This document shows, one piece after another, positions 11,737 through 23,000 of a DNA stretch of 64,000 nucleotides. The DNA lies in assembly GCA_040220235.1 (NCBI GenBank), contig JAVJTO010000063.1; one strand, written 5' to 3'. The stretch is from Coleofasciculus sp. B1-GNL1-01. GTDB lineage: Bacteria > Cyanobacteriota > Cyanobacteriia > Cyanobacteriales > Coleofasciculaceae. Both the position numbers and the translations under genes were made by a program. The stretch's first letter is position 1. Every line of letters starts with the position of its first letter. Under the pieces are notes generated by a model. That model saw nothing but the letters and a program-made list of their open reading frames with translations, searched no databases and was not told the origin of the DNA.

Positions 11737-14193
11737 ATGGAACAACTACAAGCGCCAGAGGAGACGATCGCTCAACGTTATCGTATTTTAGCACCCTTGG
11801 CAGAGAGTGGAAGCGGTATCACCTATCTGGGCGAAGATGGGGAAACTGGAAAACGAGTTGTCCTGAAAGCCTTGTCACTGCGCCAGATTACTGATTGGAA
11901 AGCCATTGAACAGTTTGAACGAGAAGCGCAGGTGTTGGCTCAACTGAATCATCCGGGGATTCCTCGATATCTGGATTATTTCTATCAAGATACATCAAGC
12001 GATCGCACGTTCTATATTATCCAACAATTTGCCCCCGGACGCTCACTAGCCGAATCGGTACAAAACGGGTGGCGGGGGAAGGAAACAGAAATTCGCCAAA
12101 TTGCTATTCAAGTCTTAAACATTCTGGTTTATTTACATCAGCAAACACCCCCTGTAATTCACCGAGATATTAAACCCGATAATATCATCCGAGGCGATGA
12201 TGGGCGGATAATGCTTGTGGATTTTGGTGCGGTGCAAACTACCTATTACAGTACCTTAGCTAGAAGTCATACTGTGGTAGGAACCTTTGGCTATATGGCA
12301 CCCGAACAATTCCTGGGACAAGCGGTTCCAGCTACCGATTTGTATGGGTTAGGCGCAACGTTGTTATTTTTACTCACTCATTGTTCTCCCGCTGATTTAC
12401 CTGTCAATCATCTGACGACAGATTCCCGGTGTTTTCGGATGCAACTATCGGAAGCCTTTGCTGATTGGTTGGAGACAATGCTGGAACCGGATTTAAATTA
12501 CCGCTTCGCTTGTGCTGAAACCGCCCTGGCTGAGTTACAAAATCAGCGAGTTGTTGTTAAACTTAAACCCGTTAAGCCGAAGCCAGTATTCTGGAAACCT
12601 CTGGTATCGGTGGGACTTTTAGCTAGTATTATTTTAGGAATTAATACGTTTAAATATCCAATCCTTAGCACGCTTAGACTAACACCGCCCCAGGTTTATA
12701 AAGCCGCCGAACAGGGAGATAGTACCACGATTCAGCAGTATCTCAAAAACGGGTTAGAGGTAAATGCCAGAAATGGAGACTATACAACCCCCTTACACTG
12801 GGTAGGTTCACCAGAAGTGGCACAGATATTGATTAATGCTGGTGCGGATGTGAATGCCACAGATCAGTATGGTTGGACTCCTCTCCATTATGCGCGATCG
12901 CGTGACATTGCGGCGTTACTTATTGCTAACGGTGCTGATATTCATGCCAAAAGTCAATTGTACCGAGATCGATTACTGAATCCTCCTACACAATCGTTTT
13001 CAATTAATTCCTGGAACAGCTTAATGAAAATTTGGCTTACTGAACTGACTCCTTTACACGTTGCCCGTTCTGCTGAAATTGCCCAATTATTAATTGATAA
13101 CGGCGCTGATGTGAATGCCAAAGATGACCGAACGAATCGCACGCCATTGCATCTAGCACATTCTCCTGAAATTGCCGCTGTTTTAATTGAAAATGGTGCA
13201 AAAATTGAGGCAGATGAGATTAATACAGACTATCATTCCACTGGGACTCTTCTGCATCAGGCAAGTAAAATCGGTTCTCAGCAGATGATCGAGTTTTTGC
13301 TGCAAAGGGGAGCCAATATTGTCGCTAAAGATTCTCAGGATAATACGCCGTTGCATTTTGCCCCTTCTCCTGAAATTGCAGCACTTCTAATTGCTGATAT
13401 TAATGCCAGAAATCGTGATGGGGAAACACCACTTCATCAAGCAGTACAGAATGACAAAACCGAGCTAGTTGAGTTTTTGCTGGCTAAAGGTGCAAATAGT
13501 AATGCCCAGGATAACCAAGGAGAAACGCCATTACATCAAGCAGACAATACTACGATTATCGAGTTATTACTCAATAATAATGCTGATAGTAATGCCCAAG
13601 ATAATTGGGGGAATACACCGCTTCATAACGCGGCTTCTTTGCTTAAGCCAGATTGGGTGGCGTTACTGATTTCTAAGGGAGCAAATGTTAACATCAGGAA
13701 TAATCAAGGAAACACCCCGCTACATGTCGCGATCGCAAATCAAACTCATGACGATTTTAAAGGAAATAATGATCTGGATGTAATCAAACTATTGATTGCT
13801 AACGGTGCATACGTGAATATGCCAAATAATCAATTCTCTAGTCCCCTTCATGTCGCCGCTTGGAATAACTTAGACGCTGTTAAACTTCTGATTCAAAAAG
13901 GAGCAGAAATCAATGTTCCTGATGGAGAGGGCAAAACACCCCTGCATCGTACAGGATTACAGGATATTGCCTTATTTTTAGTTAATTCAGGTGCTGATAT
14001 TAATGCGACAGATATTAATGGTGACACTCCGCTGCATAAAGCCGTCAGAAATAACTGGTCGAAATTAGTCGTGCAGTTACTTGCTAGAGGCGCAGAGGTT
14101 AATGTGATGAATTTTTACGGTGAAACTCCTCTACAACTGGCTAAAGAAAAGTATATCAAACAATTACTCGAAGATTATGGTGCGATTCCCTAG
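11737..14193 (+). CDS. Hanks-type Ser/Thr kinase with a TM segment and C-terminal ankyrin repeats
   Basis: VVLK, HRDIKPDN, VDFG, GTFGYMAPE; hydrophobic LVSVGLLASIILGI; more than 10 GxTPLH ankyrin motifs. Confidence 0.93.
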   Translation: MEQLQAPEETIAQRYRILAPLAESGSGITYLGEDGETGKRVVLKALSLRQITDWKAIEQFEREAQVLAQLNHPGIPRYLDYFYQDTSSDRTFYIIQQFAPGRSLAESVQNGWRGKETEIRQIAIQVLNILVYLHQQTPPVIHRDIKPDNIIRGDDGRIMLVDFGAVQTTYYSTLARSHTVVGTFGYMAPEQFLGQAVPATDLYGLGATLLFLLTHCSPADLPVNHLTTDSRCFRMQLSEAFADWLETMLEPDLNYRFACAETALAELQNQRVVVKLKPVKPKPVFWKPLVSVGLLASIILGINTFKYPILSTLRLTPPQVYKAAEQGDSTTIQQYLKNGLEVNARNGDYTTPLHWVGSPEVAQILINAGADVNATDQYGWTPLHYARSRDIAALLIANGADIHAKSQLYRDRLLNPPTQSFSINSWNSLMKIWLTELTPLHVARSAEIAQLLIDNGADVNAKDDRTNRTPLHLAHSPEIAAVLIENGAKIEADEINTDYHSTGTLLHQASKIGSQQMIEFLLQRGANIVAKDSQDNTPLHFAPSPEIAALLIADINARNRDGETPLHQAVQNDKTELVEFLLAKGANSNAQDNQGETPLHQADNTTIIELLLNNNADSNAQDNWGNTPLHNAASLLKPDWVALLISKGANVNIRNNQGNTPLHVAIANQTHDDFKGNNDLDVIKLLIANGAYVNMPNNQFSSPLHVAAWNNLDAVKLLIQKGAEINVPDGEGKTPLHRTGLQDIALFLVNSGADINATDINGDTPLHKAVRNNWSKLVVQLLARGAEVNVMNFYGETPLQLAKEKYIKQLLEDYGAIP

Positions 14194-14291
14194 ACTTAAA
14201 GGATGCTTCGCTTTTGGTTCCATGGGAGAGAATTCAAAGCCTCTCTCCTTGCAGGAGAGAGGTTTGGAGAGAGGTTTTATAGATACCGTTA

Positions 14292-15587
14292 ATGAAAATG
14301 CAACAACTCTATTCTCGTCAAAACATCATAGCTCAACGATATCGCATCCTCAATGTTTTAGGACAAGGCGGTATGGGAAGAACCTATAAAGCTGAAGACT
14401 TAAAAACGGGTCAAATCGTTGCAATAAAATCCCTATCTCTGTATCAAATAAGCGACTGGAAAACCTTAGACTTGTTTAAGCGAGAAGCCCAAACTATCGC
14501 GCAACTCAATCATCCCGCAATTCCCAAGTATTTAGCCTATTTTCAGGTGGATACAGTTGAAACTCGTGATTTCTATTTAGTTCAGCAACTCGCTCCAGGA
14601 AAGTCGTTAGCTGAATTAGTGGAAATGGGCTGGAAACCGAAGGAGGCTACTGTTAAACGTTTAGCCATCGAAGTCTTAAAGATACTGGTTTACTTACAAC
14701 AATTTACCCCAGCGATTATTCATCGTGATATTAAGCCACAAAATATCATTCTGAGTAAAAACGGAGAAGTCTTTCTCGTAGATTTTGGGACTGTTTCCGA
14801 TACCTATCGTCACACCGTAACCGGAGGTAGTACGATAGTGGGAACATTCGGCTATATGGCTCCCGAACAATATCGAGGTCAAGCTGTATTATCCACGGAT
14901 TTGTATGGATTAGGGGCAACATTACTATTTTTATTAACCGGACAATCTCCCGCCGATTTTCCTCAGCATCAGCTAAAGATTAAGTTCCGTTCTAATGTGC
15001 AAATTTCACCCGATTTTGCTGATTGGTTAGAGCGAATCCTCGATCCGGCGATCGCCTATCGTTTTGCTAATGCGAAAGATGCCTTATCTGTCTTGCAAGG
15101 GAAACAGAAACTAAGGCAAAATATAGGACAACTTTTTTACCAATCGCCGCAACAGCGGATAGCATTACTCAAGACGCCGCACAGATTAATTCTAGAAATT
15201 AAACCCATAGGGCGACAGCGCGATCGCTTTCGTTTACTCAGGCGATTGACTCGGATAATTAAACCCATTTTACCGTTGCTTCTATGGGATATGATTGGTT
15301 TGCTTCTGGTTAACTCTATCGCTGTGCCATCTTTTTATGGTGAGCTTTATAAAACGATTCGACTCAACAATCATCCGGATGTGATATTTCTAACAACTCT
15401 TTACAACTGGGTGTTAACAGGATGTGTTGTGTTTCTGATTTTGGGGATTTTATTTTTAATTATCTATGGTTTAATCGGGCTATTTAGTATAGCCAGCTTT
15501 TTAATTAAAGCGACATCTCGCACTTGGATTGAACTAACGCCAAACCGCTTTCAAATAAAACGATGGATGCTAGGTTTATGCTACTGA
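14292..15587 (+). CDS. Hanks-type Ser/Thr kinase with TM segments; possibly truncated by a premature TGA (frame stays open to 15782)
   Basis: LGQGGMGRTY, VAIK, HRDIKPQN, VDFG, GTFGYMAPE; two hydrophobic segments. Confidence 0.9.
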   Translation: MKMQQLYSRQNIIAQRYRILNVLGQGGMGRTYKAEDLKTGQIVAIKSLSLYQISDWKTLDLFKREAQTIAQLNHPAIPKYLAYFQVDTVETRDFYLVQQLAPGKSLAELVEMGWKPKEATVKRLAIEVLKILVYLQQFTPAIIHRDIKPQNIILSKNGEVFLVDFGTVSDTYRHTVTGGSTIVGTFGYMAPEQYRGQAVLSTDLYGLGATLLFLLTGQSPADFPQHQLKIKFRSNVQISPDFADWLERILDPAIAYRFANAKDALSVLQGKQKLRQNIGQLFYQSPQQRIALLKTPHRLILEIKPIGRQRDRFRLLRRLTRIIKPILPLLLWDMIGLLLVNSIAVPSFYGELYKTIRLNNHPDVIFLTTLYNWVLTGCVVFLILGILFLIIYGLIGLFSIASFLIKATSRTWIELTPNRFQIKRWMLGLCY

Positions 15588-15927
15588 AATTTTCGGGGAA
15601 GTATCAGTGATATCAATCCCATAAACTTAGACAAAATAAAGTTACCGTTACTCAGAAAAACGATAACCGTGTGTTCGCTACAGTCGCATCGACGCAAGCA
15701 TTGGCTAGGTATAGCACTCAGTCGCTCAGAGCAAAAGTGGCTGGTGAGAGAAATAACTGAGTTTTTGGGGATTTTATCTTAATTTTTAGGGAGCATTCAG
15801 TTGGGGATAAAGCATTACCCAAAGTAACGAATTTACCAGGGGTTCAGCCTCCTTACAAGAGTCAACGTGCCAAAATGGGATGCTCCCAATTTTTAAAAGC
15901 CAAGAACTAAAGTTCTGGCTAAAAGAT

Positions 15928-16731
15928 CTAACCCAAAATAAGCAATCCAGCGTAGACAGTTGCACCCAAAGCAAATGCCCAAAAGCGACTTTGCCGTTCT
16001 TCGGGTAATTCTTCTTTAATCACATTCAGGATAATTCCCCCACCCAGAAACGCAAACAGCACCGCTAAAGCGGCTGGAGAGATTTCCGTAGCTTGTCCAA
16101 TCGCCCAACCACATAAAATCGCACCCGCTAAAACCCAGCGCCCTACCCGATGATAGGCGTCTTTGTGATGATCCCGCAATCCATAGTCATTGACAAAAAA
16201 GTGCAACGCCATGGCGATAAAAAAGAATAAGAGACCCTCTAATCCCGGTTCCTCCCGATGAATCAGTAGATAACCAATTAACAGGTTATAAAGGGAAAAT
16301 GAGCCAATATGTAACCAAAAGATTCCTTGAGAGAGGATACCGCTAAGTTTGTGCTGATTTTGTCGGTATACTGTAACCAGATGTTCTAAGCCATAGAATA
16401 CCGTTAATCCCAGAAGTGCGACTAAATAAACGTGGCTTTCCAAAAACGCGATCGCCAATCCTTCTGTCTGTTCAATAGTTCGCTGTCCCTGATTGAGTTC
16501 TGGCAATAAATGCACAAAAACATACGCCACCGATGCTCCCCCAGCGAATGATAACCACTGACTGCGAGGAATCACATCGAGAAAGCGCATTTTTCCCCCG
16601 AATAGATGGACAATCGCCAGGAGTATGGCGAAGATTAATGCTAGCAGTGTGGTTGATGATTCGTTCAATACTGAAGCGTCTGCGATCGCGAATAATCGTT
16701 GTACACCCATTCTCCTATTTTCTTGAAACAT
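15928..16731 (-). CDS. Multi-pass membrane protein, ZIP-like/uncharacterised transporter
   Basis: About 8 hydrophobic segments; SFAGGASVAYVFVHLLPEL, AMALHFFVND and FLGGGIILNVIKEELPE resemble ZIP-type motifs. Confidence 0.65.
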   Translation of the reverse strand: MFQENRRMGVQRLFAIADASVLNESSTTLLALIFAILLAIVHLFGGKMRFLDVIPRSQWLSFAGGASVAYVFVHLLPELNQGQRTIEQTEGLAIAFLESHVYLVALLGLTVFYGLEHLVTVYRQNQHKLSGILSQGIFWLHIGSFSLYNLLIGYLLIHREEPGLEGLLFFFIAMALHFFVNDYGLRDHHKDAYHRVGRWVLAGAILCGWAIGQATEISPAALAVLFAFLGGGIILNVIKEELPEERQSRFWAFALGATVYAGLLILG

Positions 16732-18004
16732 CTGGCAATTCCAACACAGTCACCTGGACTAAGGGGGTAACATTAAAATCCTGTTCTAATAAATGAGTTT
16801 GAATCGCTTCAGTTAACTGTGTCTGAATCGTTTCCGTAGAAGCCGTTACCTCCGGATTACGCTGCACATAAACTATCGTCAGTAGTGTATTTTGCCCCTC
16901 AATTTTCGTCCGCGTAAACTGCACATTCGACTGCACCAGTTTTGCCAAATCACTCTCCTGCACCACCTGCTGAATCTCCGTTGAGGTACGCTGTTCAAGT
17001 GAGGTTCGCTGTAAAGTGGGTTCCTGCCAAAGTTGGGCGGTTAACAACCCTGCCATGATCACCGCCCCAATCCCCAACCCCACAGGAAACAACCACCGCT
17101 TGCCCCGGTTATAGCGAGCGCCCGTGGCGGAAAGCCCCACCAGACGGAAGACAATCGCGCCAGAAAAATTAATCCCGGCTAACTGAAGCACGAGGAGAAA
17201 CAGACTATTCACCACCATATCCCAGCGTGCGATCGCGGCTGCCATTCCCACTAATCCGGCGGCTGGGGCTAAGGATGCGGCGACTAACACACCAACGGCG
17301 GCTCCGGACACCAGACTACTGCGTTCCGATTGGATGAGATTCAACGCGCCTGCTGTTCCGGCAATGAGGGGGAGGAGAATCGTAACTGATGATACCTTAA
17401 AACTCGCCATCATCAGACTGGTTGGGGCTTGTTGTTGCATAATCACACTCAAAATCCCTGCCACCAGCACAGTCACGGCAATCCCTGCACCATAGCGGAT
17501 GACACTACGCTTAAGTAAGTATAAATCGCCTCGTGCCGTTGCGATCGCGGTATTCATCGCTGGTCCTGCAAAGGGTGCAATCAGCATCGCGGCGGTGAGT
17601 AGATAAATGGTATTGGTAAACAACCCAATCCAAACCACCACACCTGCACAAGCCGCATACCCCAGAAATCCTGTCCAAGACCCAACACTCTGCAACCCAG
17701 CTAAAAATATCTCTAGGGGGCTGCGTAACTCCACCTCTTTCACTTGTTGCGGGGCTTCTGACGGGGGCGGTTTGAGGGGCATCATCCCTCGAGGCACTAT
17801 TGTCACATGCAAGTCAGGCAGAGTATCTAAGGCTTCTAGCAACTGCTCAACCTGACGATTGGGAACATAAGTAATTACAAAATCTATTGGTTCCTCAGTA
17901 TCAGACGCCTCAAACCGCGCCAGATTCGTCCCCTGATGAGCTTTAGCCATATCGAGAACCTTATCCCCTTGTCCTCGTGGCACTTGAATTAACAGTTGGC
18001 GCAC
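16715..18004 (-). CDS. DUF389-domain membrane protein
   Basis: AAMLIAPFAGP and VSGAAVGVLVAASLAPAA; about 7 TM segments; GTG start with GAGG RBS; overlaps the next ORF. Confidence 0.8.
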   Translation of the reverse strand: MRQLLIQVPRGQGDKVLDMAKAHQGTNLARFEASDTEEPIDFVITYVPNRQVEQLLEALDTLPDLHVTIVPRGMMPLKPPPSEAPQQVKEVELRSPLEIFLAGLQSVGSWTGFLGYAACAGVVVWIGLFTNTIYLLTAAMLIAPFAGPAMNTAIATARGDLYLLKRSVIRYGAGIAVTVLVAGILSVIMQQQAPTSLMMASFKVSSVTILLPLIAGTAGALNLIQSERSSLVSGAAVGVLVAASLAPAAGLVGMAAAIARWDMVVNSLFLLVLQLAGINFSGAIVFRLVGLSATGARYNRGKRWLFPVGLGIGAVIMAGLLTAQLWQEPTLQRTSLEQRTSTEIQQVVQESDLAKLVQSNVQFTRTKIEGQNTLLTIVYVQRNPEVTASTETIQTQLTEAIQTHLLEQDFNVTPLVQVTVLELPDVSRK

Positions 18005-18278
18005 CTCATCCTCCCATAGTTACCTGTCATTTAAGAGGAATGGCACGCTTAAGAGGAATATTGCTGACTTGTATAGCCAAGACATGAATTTCCTTGTCAA
18101 AGCTCAAGTGAGCTAAAGCCTACTAGGTAAGTATTTAACCCGTTTTAACGGGTTTGAGCTTTTAGCCCGAACTTTAGTTCAGGGCTGAATTTTAAGTCAG
18201 TGCCATTCCATTTAAGCGTGATACGCCCAATACATTTTGACTTCCCTCATCGGAAAGATGTTAGGGCGGAGGTGTGGA

Positions 18279-18452
18279 GGGGAGATGGGGGAGATGGGGA
18301 AGATGGGGGAGATGGGGAAGATGAGGGAGATGAGGGAGATGGAGAAAATTATGTAGGGGCGGGTTTCACTACTATCTTTTCGGTTATACCCAGATGTAAC
18401 TAAACCCGCCCTTTACCAATGACAAAGGACGAATGACAAATGACAAATGACA
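18279..18452. repeat. Cluster of short tandem repeats (GGGAGATGG nonamer, AATGACA heptamer) and a REP doublet (GTAGGGGCGGGTTT...AAACCCGCCCT, 18353-18412)
   Basis: Directly visible. The same REP doublet recurs at about 29953, 30231 and 37281 and inside smc. Confidence 0.8.
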
Positions 18453-18523
18453 TTTTTTCCGAAATAAGGCTAAAGGCATTGATATGAAAACTATAGCTTG
18501 CCCTTAAACAACCGATCGCACCT

Positions 18524-19936
18524 ATGCAACCTGAACACCCCTCCCTAGAGCAGCTCATTTTGGAGAATGCTAGTCTGCGTCAGGAAATCGCCGCCCTGAA
18601 GCAGGAAAATGCGGATTTGCAAATTCTGCTGGAGATGACAACGGAACATTCGGATACCGTTACCGCCCAGTTGCATAATCAGGCAATTCAAGCAGTACGC
18701 GATAGTGAAAAACGACTCTTACAATTTCTGGAAGCCATGCCCGTGGGTGTGGCGGTACTGGATTATCAAGGCTGTCTGTACTATATTAATCGCAAGGGAA
18801 AACAGTTAACCCGACATAGCATCCCTCTGGGAGTCAAGGCGGAAAAATTAGCTAACGTTTATCACATTTATCGCGCCGGAACCAACCAACTTTATCCCTT
18901 TAATCAGTTGCCGATTGTGCGAGCGCTTCAGGGTGAAACTGCCACGGCTGATGACTTAGAAATCCGCCACGGAGATCAGGTGATTCCCTTAGAAGTTTGG
19001 GGAACACCGATATTTGATCAAGACGGGACTATTATTTTTGCGATCGCGGCGTTTCAAGACATCACCGAACGTAAAAAAGCTGAAGCAGAACGCCTTCAGT
19101 TTACCACGGATCTGTTTGCCCTCAATCAAGCCCTATCCCGCTTTGTCCCCCGCCAATTTCTCCAGTTGTTGGAGAAAGACAGTATTGTTGATGTGCAATT
19201 GGGCGATCAGGTTCAGAAAGAAATGTCGGTGTTATTTTCGGACATTCGCAATTTTACCACCCTTTCGGAACAAATGAACCCGGACGATAATTTTAAATTT
19301 ATTAATTCCTATTTTAGTCGTATGGAATCGGCAATTATTGATAACCAGGGGTTTATTGATAAATACATTGGTGATGCCATGATGGCACTCTTTAGCGGTA
19401 GTGCCGATGATGCTCTCAAGGCAGGAATTACCATGTTGCATCGGCTGGCTGATTATAATAGTCATCGTGCCAATTTTGGCTATACGCCGATTAAAATTGG
19501 GATTGGGATTAACACTGGCTTGTTGATGTTGGGGACAGTCGGTGGTGCATCGCGCATGGATAGTACAGTGATTAGTGATACCGTGAATTTAGCGTCTCGG
19601 ATGGAAGGATTAACTAAAGCTTATGGTGTACCGTTGTTGATTTCTCACCACACCTTTTGCCAGCTCAATAATGCCAATGATTATAATTTTCGCGTGATTG
19701 ATAGAGTTAAGGTTAAGGGGAAATCTGAGGCGGTGAGTGTTTATGAAGTCTTTGATGCCGATGAACCGGAAATGCGACAGGCTAAGTTAGTCACTAAAAC
19801 TACTTTTGAACAAGCCCTGTTATTTTACAATCTGGGTAAGCTTGACGTAGCCGCCAGTCTGTTTGAACAGTGCTTGCAGCAAAACCCCAGGGATAGCGTG
19901 GCTCGAATTTATCAGTTACGCTGTTTAAGCAGGTAG
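18524..19936 (+). CDS. Coiled-coil + PAS + class III adenylate cyclase
   Basis: PAS/PAC ending AFQDITERK; cyclase motifs VLFSDIRNFT, FIDKYIGDAMMALF and TVISDTVNLASRMEG; C-terminal TPR-like helix pair. Confidence 0.92.
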   Translation: MQPEHPSLEQLILENASLRQEIAALKQENADLQILLEMTTEHSDTVTAQLHNQAIQAVRDSEKRLLQFLEAMPVGVAVLDYQGCLYYINRKGKQLTRHSIPLGVKAEKLANVYHIYRAGTNQLYPFNQLPIVRALQGETATADDLEIRHGDQVIPLEVWGTPIFDQDGTIIFAIAAFQDITERKKAEAERLQFTTDLFALNQALSRFVPRQFLQLLEKDSIVDVQLGDQVQKEMSVLFSDIRNFTTLSEQMNPDDNFKFINSYFSRMESAIIDNQGFIDKYIGDAMMALFSGSADDALKAGITMLHRLADYNSHRANFGYTPIKIGIGINTGLLMLGTVGGASRMDSTVISDTVNLASRMEGLTKAYGVPLLISHHTFCQLNNANDYNFRVIDRVKVKGKSEAVSVYEVFDADEPEMRQAKLVTKTTFEQALLFYNLGKLDVAASLFEQCLQQNPRDSVARIYQLRCLSR

Positions 19937-20058
19937 AAAGCAAGGCAAATGGATGAAAAATAAGTATCGAGGATTTTTAATTCCTATAAAATGATTGATT
20001 TTAACAGTTTATATGCCTGATTGTGCTTCCCTATTCCCTGTTCCCTTAAATCACATCT

Positions 20059-23000
20059 ATGTTTAATATTCGCGGTTATCAGATTTTATGCCAAATTTAT
20101 GAAAGCACTCAATCGATTGTCTATCGAGGAATTCGCCAAGCGGATCAGCAAGCGGTTATCCTCAAACGCCTGAATACTCATTATCCTACACCGGAAGAGA
20201 TTCGCCAATATAAGCAGGAATATCAGATTACCCGCCGTCTCAATTTGGCAGGCGTCGTCAAAGCCTATCGCTTAGAACAGTATCAAAACAACGTAGTTAT
20301 TATATTCGAGGATTTTGGTGGCGATTCTTTACAGCTATTGCTTAATCACCATCCACTGACTTTGGCTGAGTTTCTAGATATCGCGATTAAAATAACTGAG
20401 AGTTTAAATCAAATCCACGCCGCTAATATTATCCATAAAGATATTAACCCTAGCAATATTGTTTACCATCCCCAAACCGGAAAAATTAAACTCATTGATT
20501 TTGGCATTGCCAGTGTTTTGAGTCGGGAAAATCCGACTCTGAAAAACCCCAATGTTATCGAAGGGACTTTAGCCTATATCTCCCCGGAACAAACGGGCAG
20601 AATGAACCGATATGTGGATTATCGCACAGATTTTTACTCGCTGGGTGTCACCTTTTATGAATTGTTGACCGGAAACCTCCCCTTTGAGGCTCAAGATGCG
20701 ATGGAGTTAGTGCATTGCCATCTGGCAAAATATCCCACACCTCCCCATCTTTTAGGCGGGAGTAAACAGATGCAGGAAGGTAAGGGAGTGGGGGAGATAC
20801 CCCAGGCGGTTTCAGACATTGTGCTTAAACTCCTCGCGAAAACAGCAGACGAACGCTATAAAAGTGCCTTGGGAATTCAAGCAGATTTAGTGATTTGTCT
20901 GATGCAATTAGAGGCAAATGGCTTTATCGAACCCTTTCCCCTTGGCGAAAATGATGTCAGTGAAAAATTCCAAGTTCCTCAAAAAATCTATGGTAGAGAT
21001 GCTGAATTAGCCATCTTATTCGCTGCCTTTAACCGTGTGGCTAAGGGGGGCAAAGAATTAATGCTCGTATCTGGTTTCGCCGGGATTGGCAAATCGGTAT
21101 TAGTTCAGGAACTTCATCAACCCATTGTCCAAGAACGGGGCTATTTTATCGTTGGTAAATTTGACCAATTTAAACAGAATCGCCCCTTCGCGTCTTTGGT
21201 GCAAGCCTTCTCTGACTTAATCGGACAATTTTTAACCGAAAGTGAAGCCAAAATTGCTGATTGGCGTTCTCAAATTTTAGAGGCATTTGGTATTAATGGT
21301 CAAGTTATTATTGACGTTATTCCTAAACTTGAGCTGATTATCGGTCAACAGCCTCCTGTAGCGGAACTTCCGGCGACAGAAGCACAAAATCGCTTTAATC
21401 GATTGTTTGCTCAGTTTATCCAGGTGTTTGCTCAAGCAGAACATCCTCTAGTTATTTTCTTGGATGATTTGCAATGGGCAGATTCTGCGTCTGTAGATTT
21501 ATTGGAACGGTTACTGACTGATATAGATAGTCGTTATCTTTTAATTATTGCTGCCTATCGGGATAACGAAATTAACCCGCTTCATCCGTTAAATAGGTTG
21601 CTGGATAAGAGTCCTAATCTGGGTGTGGCAGTTAATCAAATTAATCTCAGCCCTTTAGCGTTAATCCACCTCAATCAGCTAATTGCCGATGCGCTGGATT
21701 GTTCTTTAGAGGCGGTAAAATCCCTGGCAGAATTGGTTTGGAACAAAACTCAAGGCAATCCTTTTTTTGCTAGCCAGTTCTTAACCTCTATTTATAACCA
21801 AGGGTTACTTAAGTTTGATTTTGATTCGGGTTCGTGGCAGTGGGATATTCAAGATATTGCAGCGCAAACGGTATCTGATAACGTTGTTGAATTTATCGCC
21901 CAAAAACTGCAAAGGTTATCGGAAAATACCCAAACAAGTTTACAGCTTGCGGCTGGGATTGGTAATGTCTTTGATTTAACCATGTTAGCCGCTATTTATG
22001 ATAAATCACGATTAGAAACTGCCATTGACTTATGGGAGGCGGTTCAAGCAGGACTGATTATTCCTCTGGGTGAAGATTACAAATTTATTCAAGCCGCTGT
22101 ATTTACTACGTCTAGTTATTTCACTGACAATGATCCGAATGACAATTCCTCTTCTTTAACGTCACCAATCAGTGTCACGATTAATCCTTCATACCGATTT
22201 ATTCATGACCGAATTCAACAAGCTGCCTATTCGTTAATTTCTGAACCTGATCAACCTGCTATTCACCTGCAAATTGGTCAGTTTATGCTGAAAACAACTC
22301 CCCCAGAAAAGCAGGACGAGAAACTCTTTGATATTGTTAATCAGTTAAATGTGGGTATCCCATTAATTACGCATCAGTCTGAGCGAGATGAACTGGCTCA
22401 ATTGAATCTCTTAGCTGGACAAAAAGCCAAAGCCGCCACTGCTTATGAATCGGCGGCTAATTATTTAAATACAGGATTGAATTTGTTAGCCACCGATAGC
22501 TGGCAGCTTCAGCATGATTTAACAGTAAAACTCTATTATAAAGCCGCAGAAACTGCTTATTTACGAGGAGAGTTTGCCGAGGCAAAACAGTTAGGAACGG
22601 TTATTTTAGACCAAGCTAATACATTGAGCGATCGCGTCAAAGTCTATGAGCTGATGATGCAGATTAGTATCGCCGAAAATCAGCTACTTCAGGCGATTGA
22701 TATTGGCTTAGAAACTCTGGAAATGCTGGATGTTTTTTTAGTCGAGTCTAACGCGGAAAACAGACAAGTTGAGTTACCCTCGCTCACCGACTTGGACGAC
22801 TTTCCCAAAATGACTGATCCGCAGAAAAAAGCGGCAATGAGAATACTGGTTACCGTGGCATCAGCGACCTATTTAGCCAAGCCAGAACTCTTGTTTCAGG
22901 TAATCTTAACCATGGTCAATCTTTGTCAAACCTATGGACTTTTACCAGAGTCTACTTACGCCTATTCAGTGTATGGATTACTTCTGTGTGGAATGTTGGG

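Noticed and set aside
15585..15587. Selenocysteine recoding of the in-frame TGA
   Set aside because: Not a redox-motif context in a known selenoprotein family and no convincing SECIS hairpin seen; a nonsense mutation is simpler.
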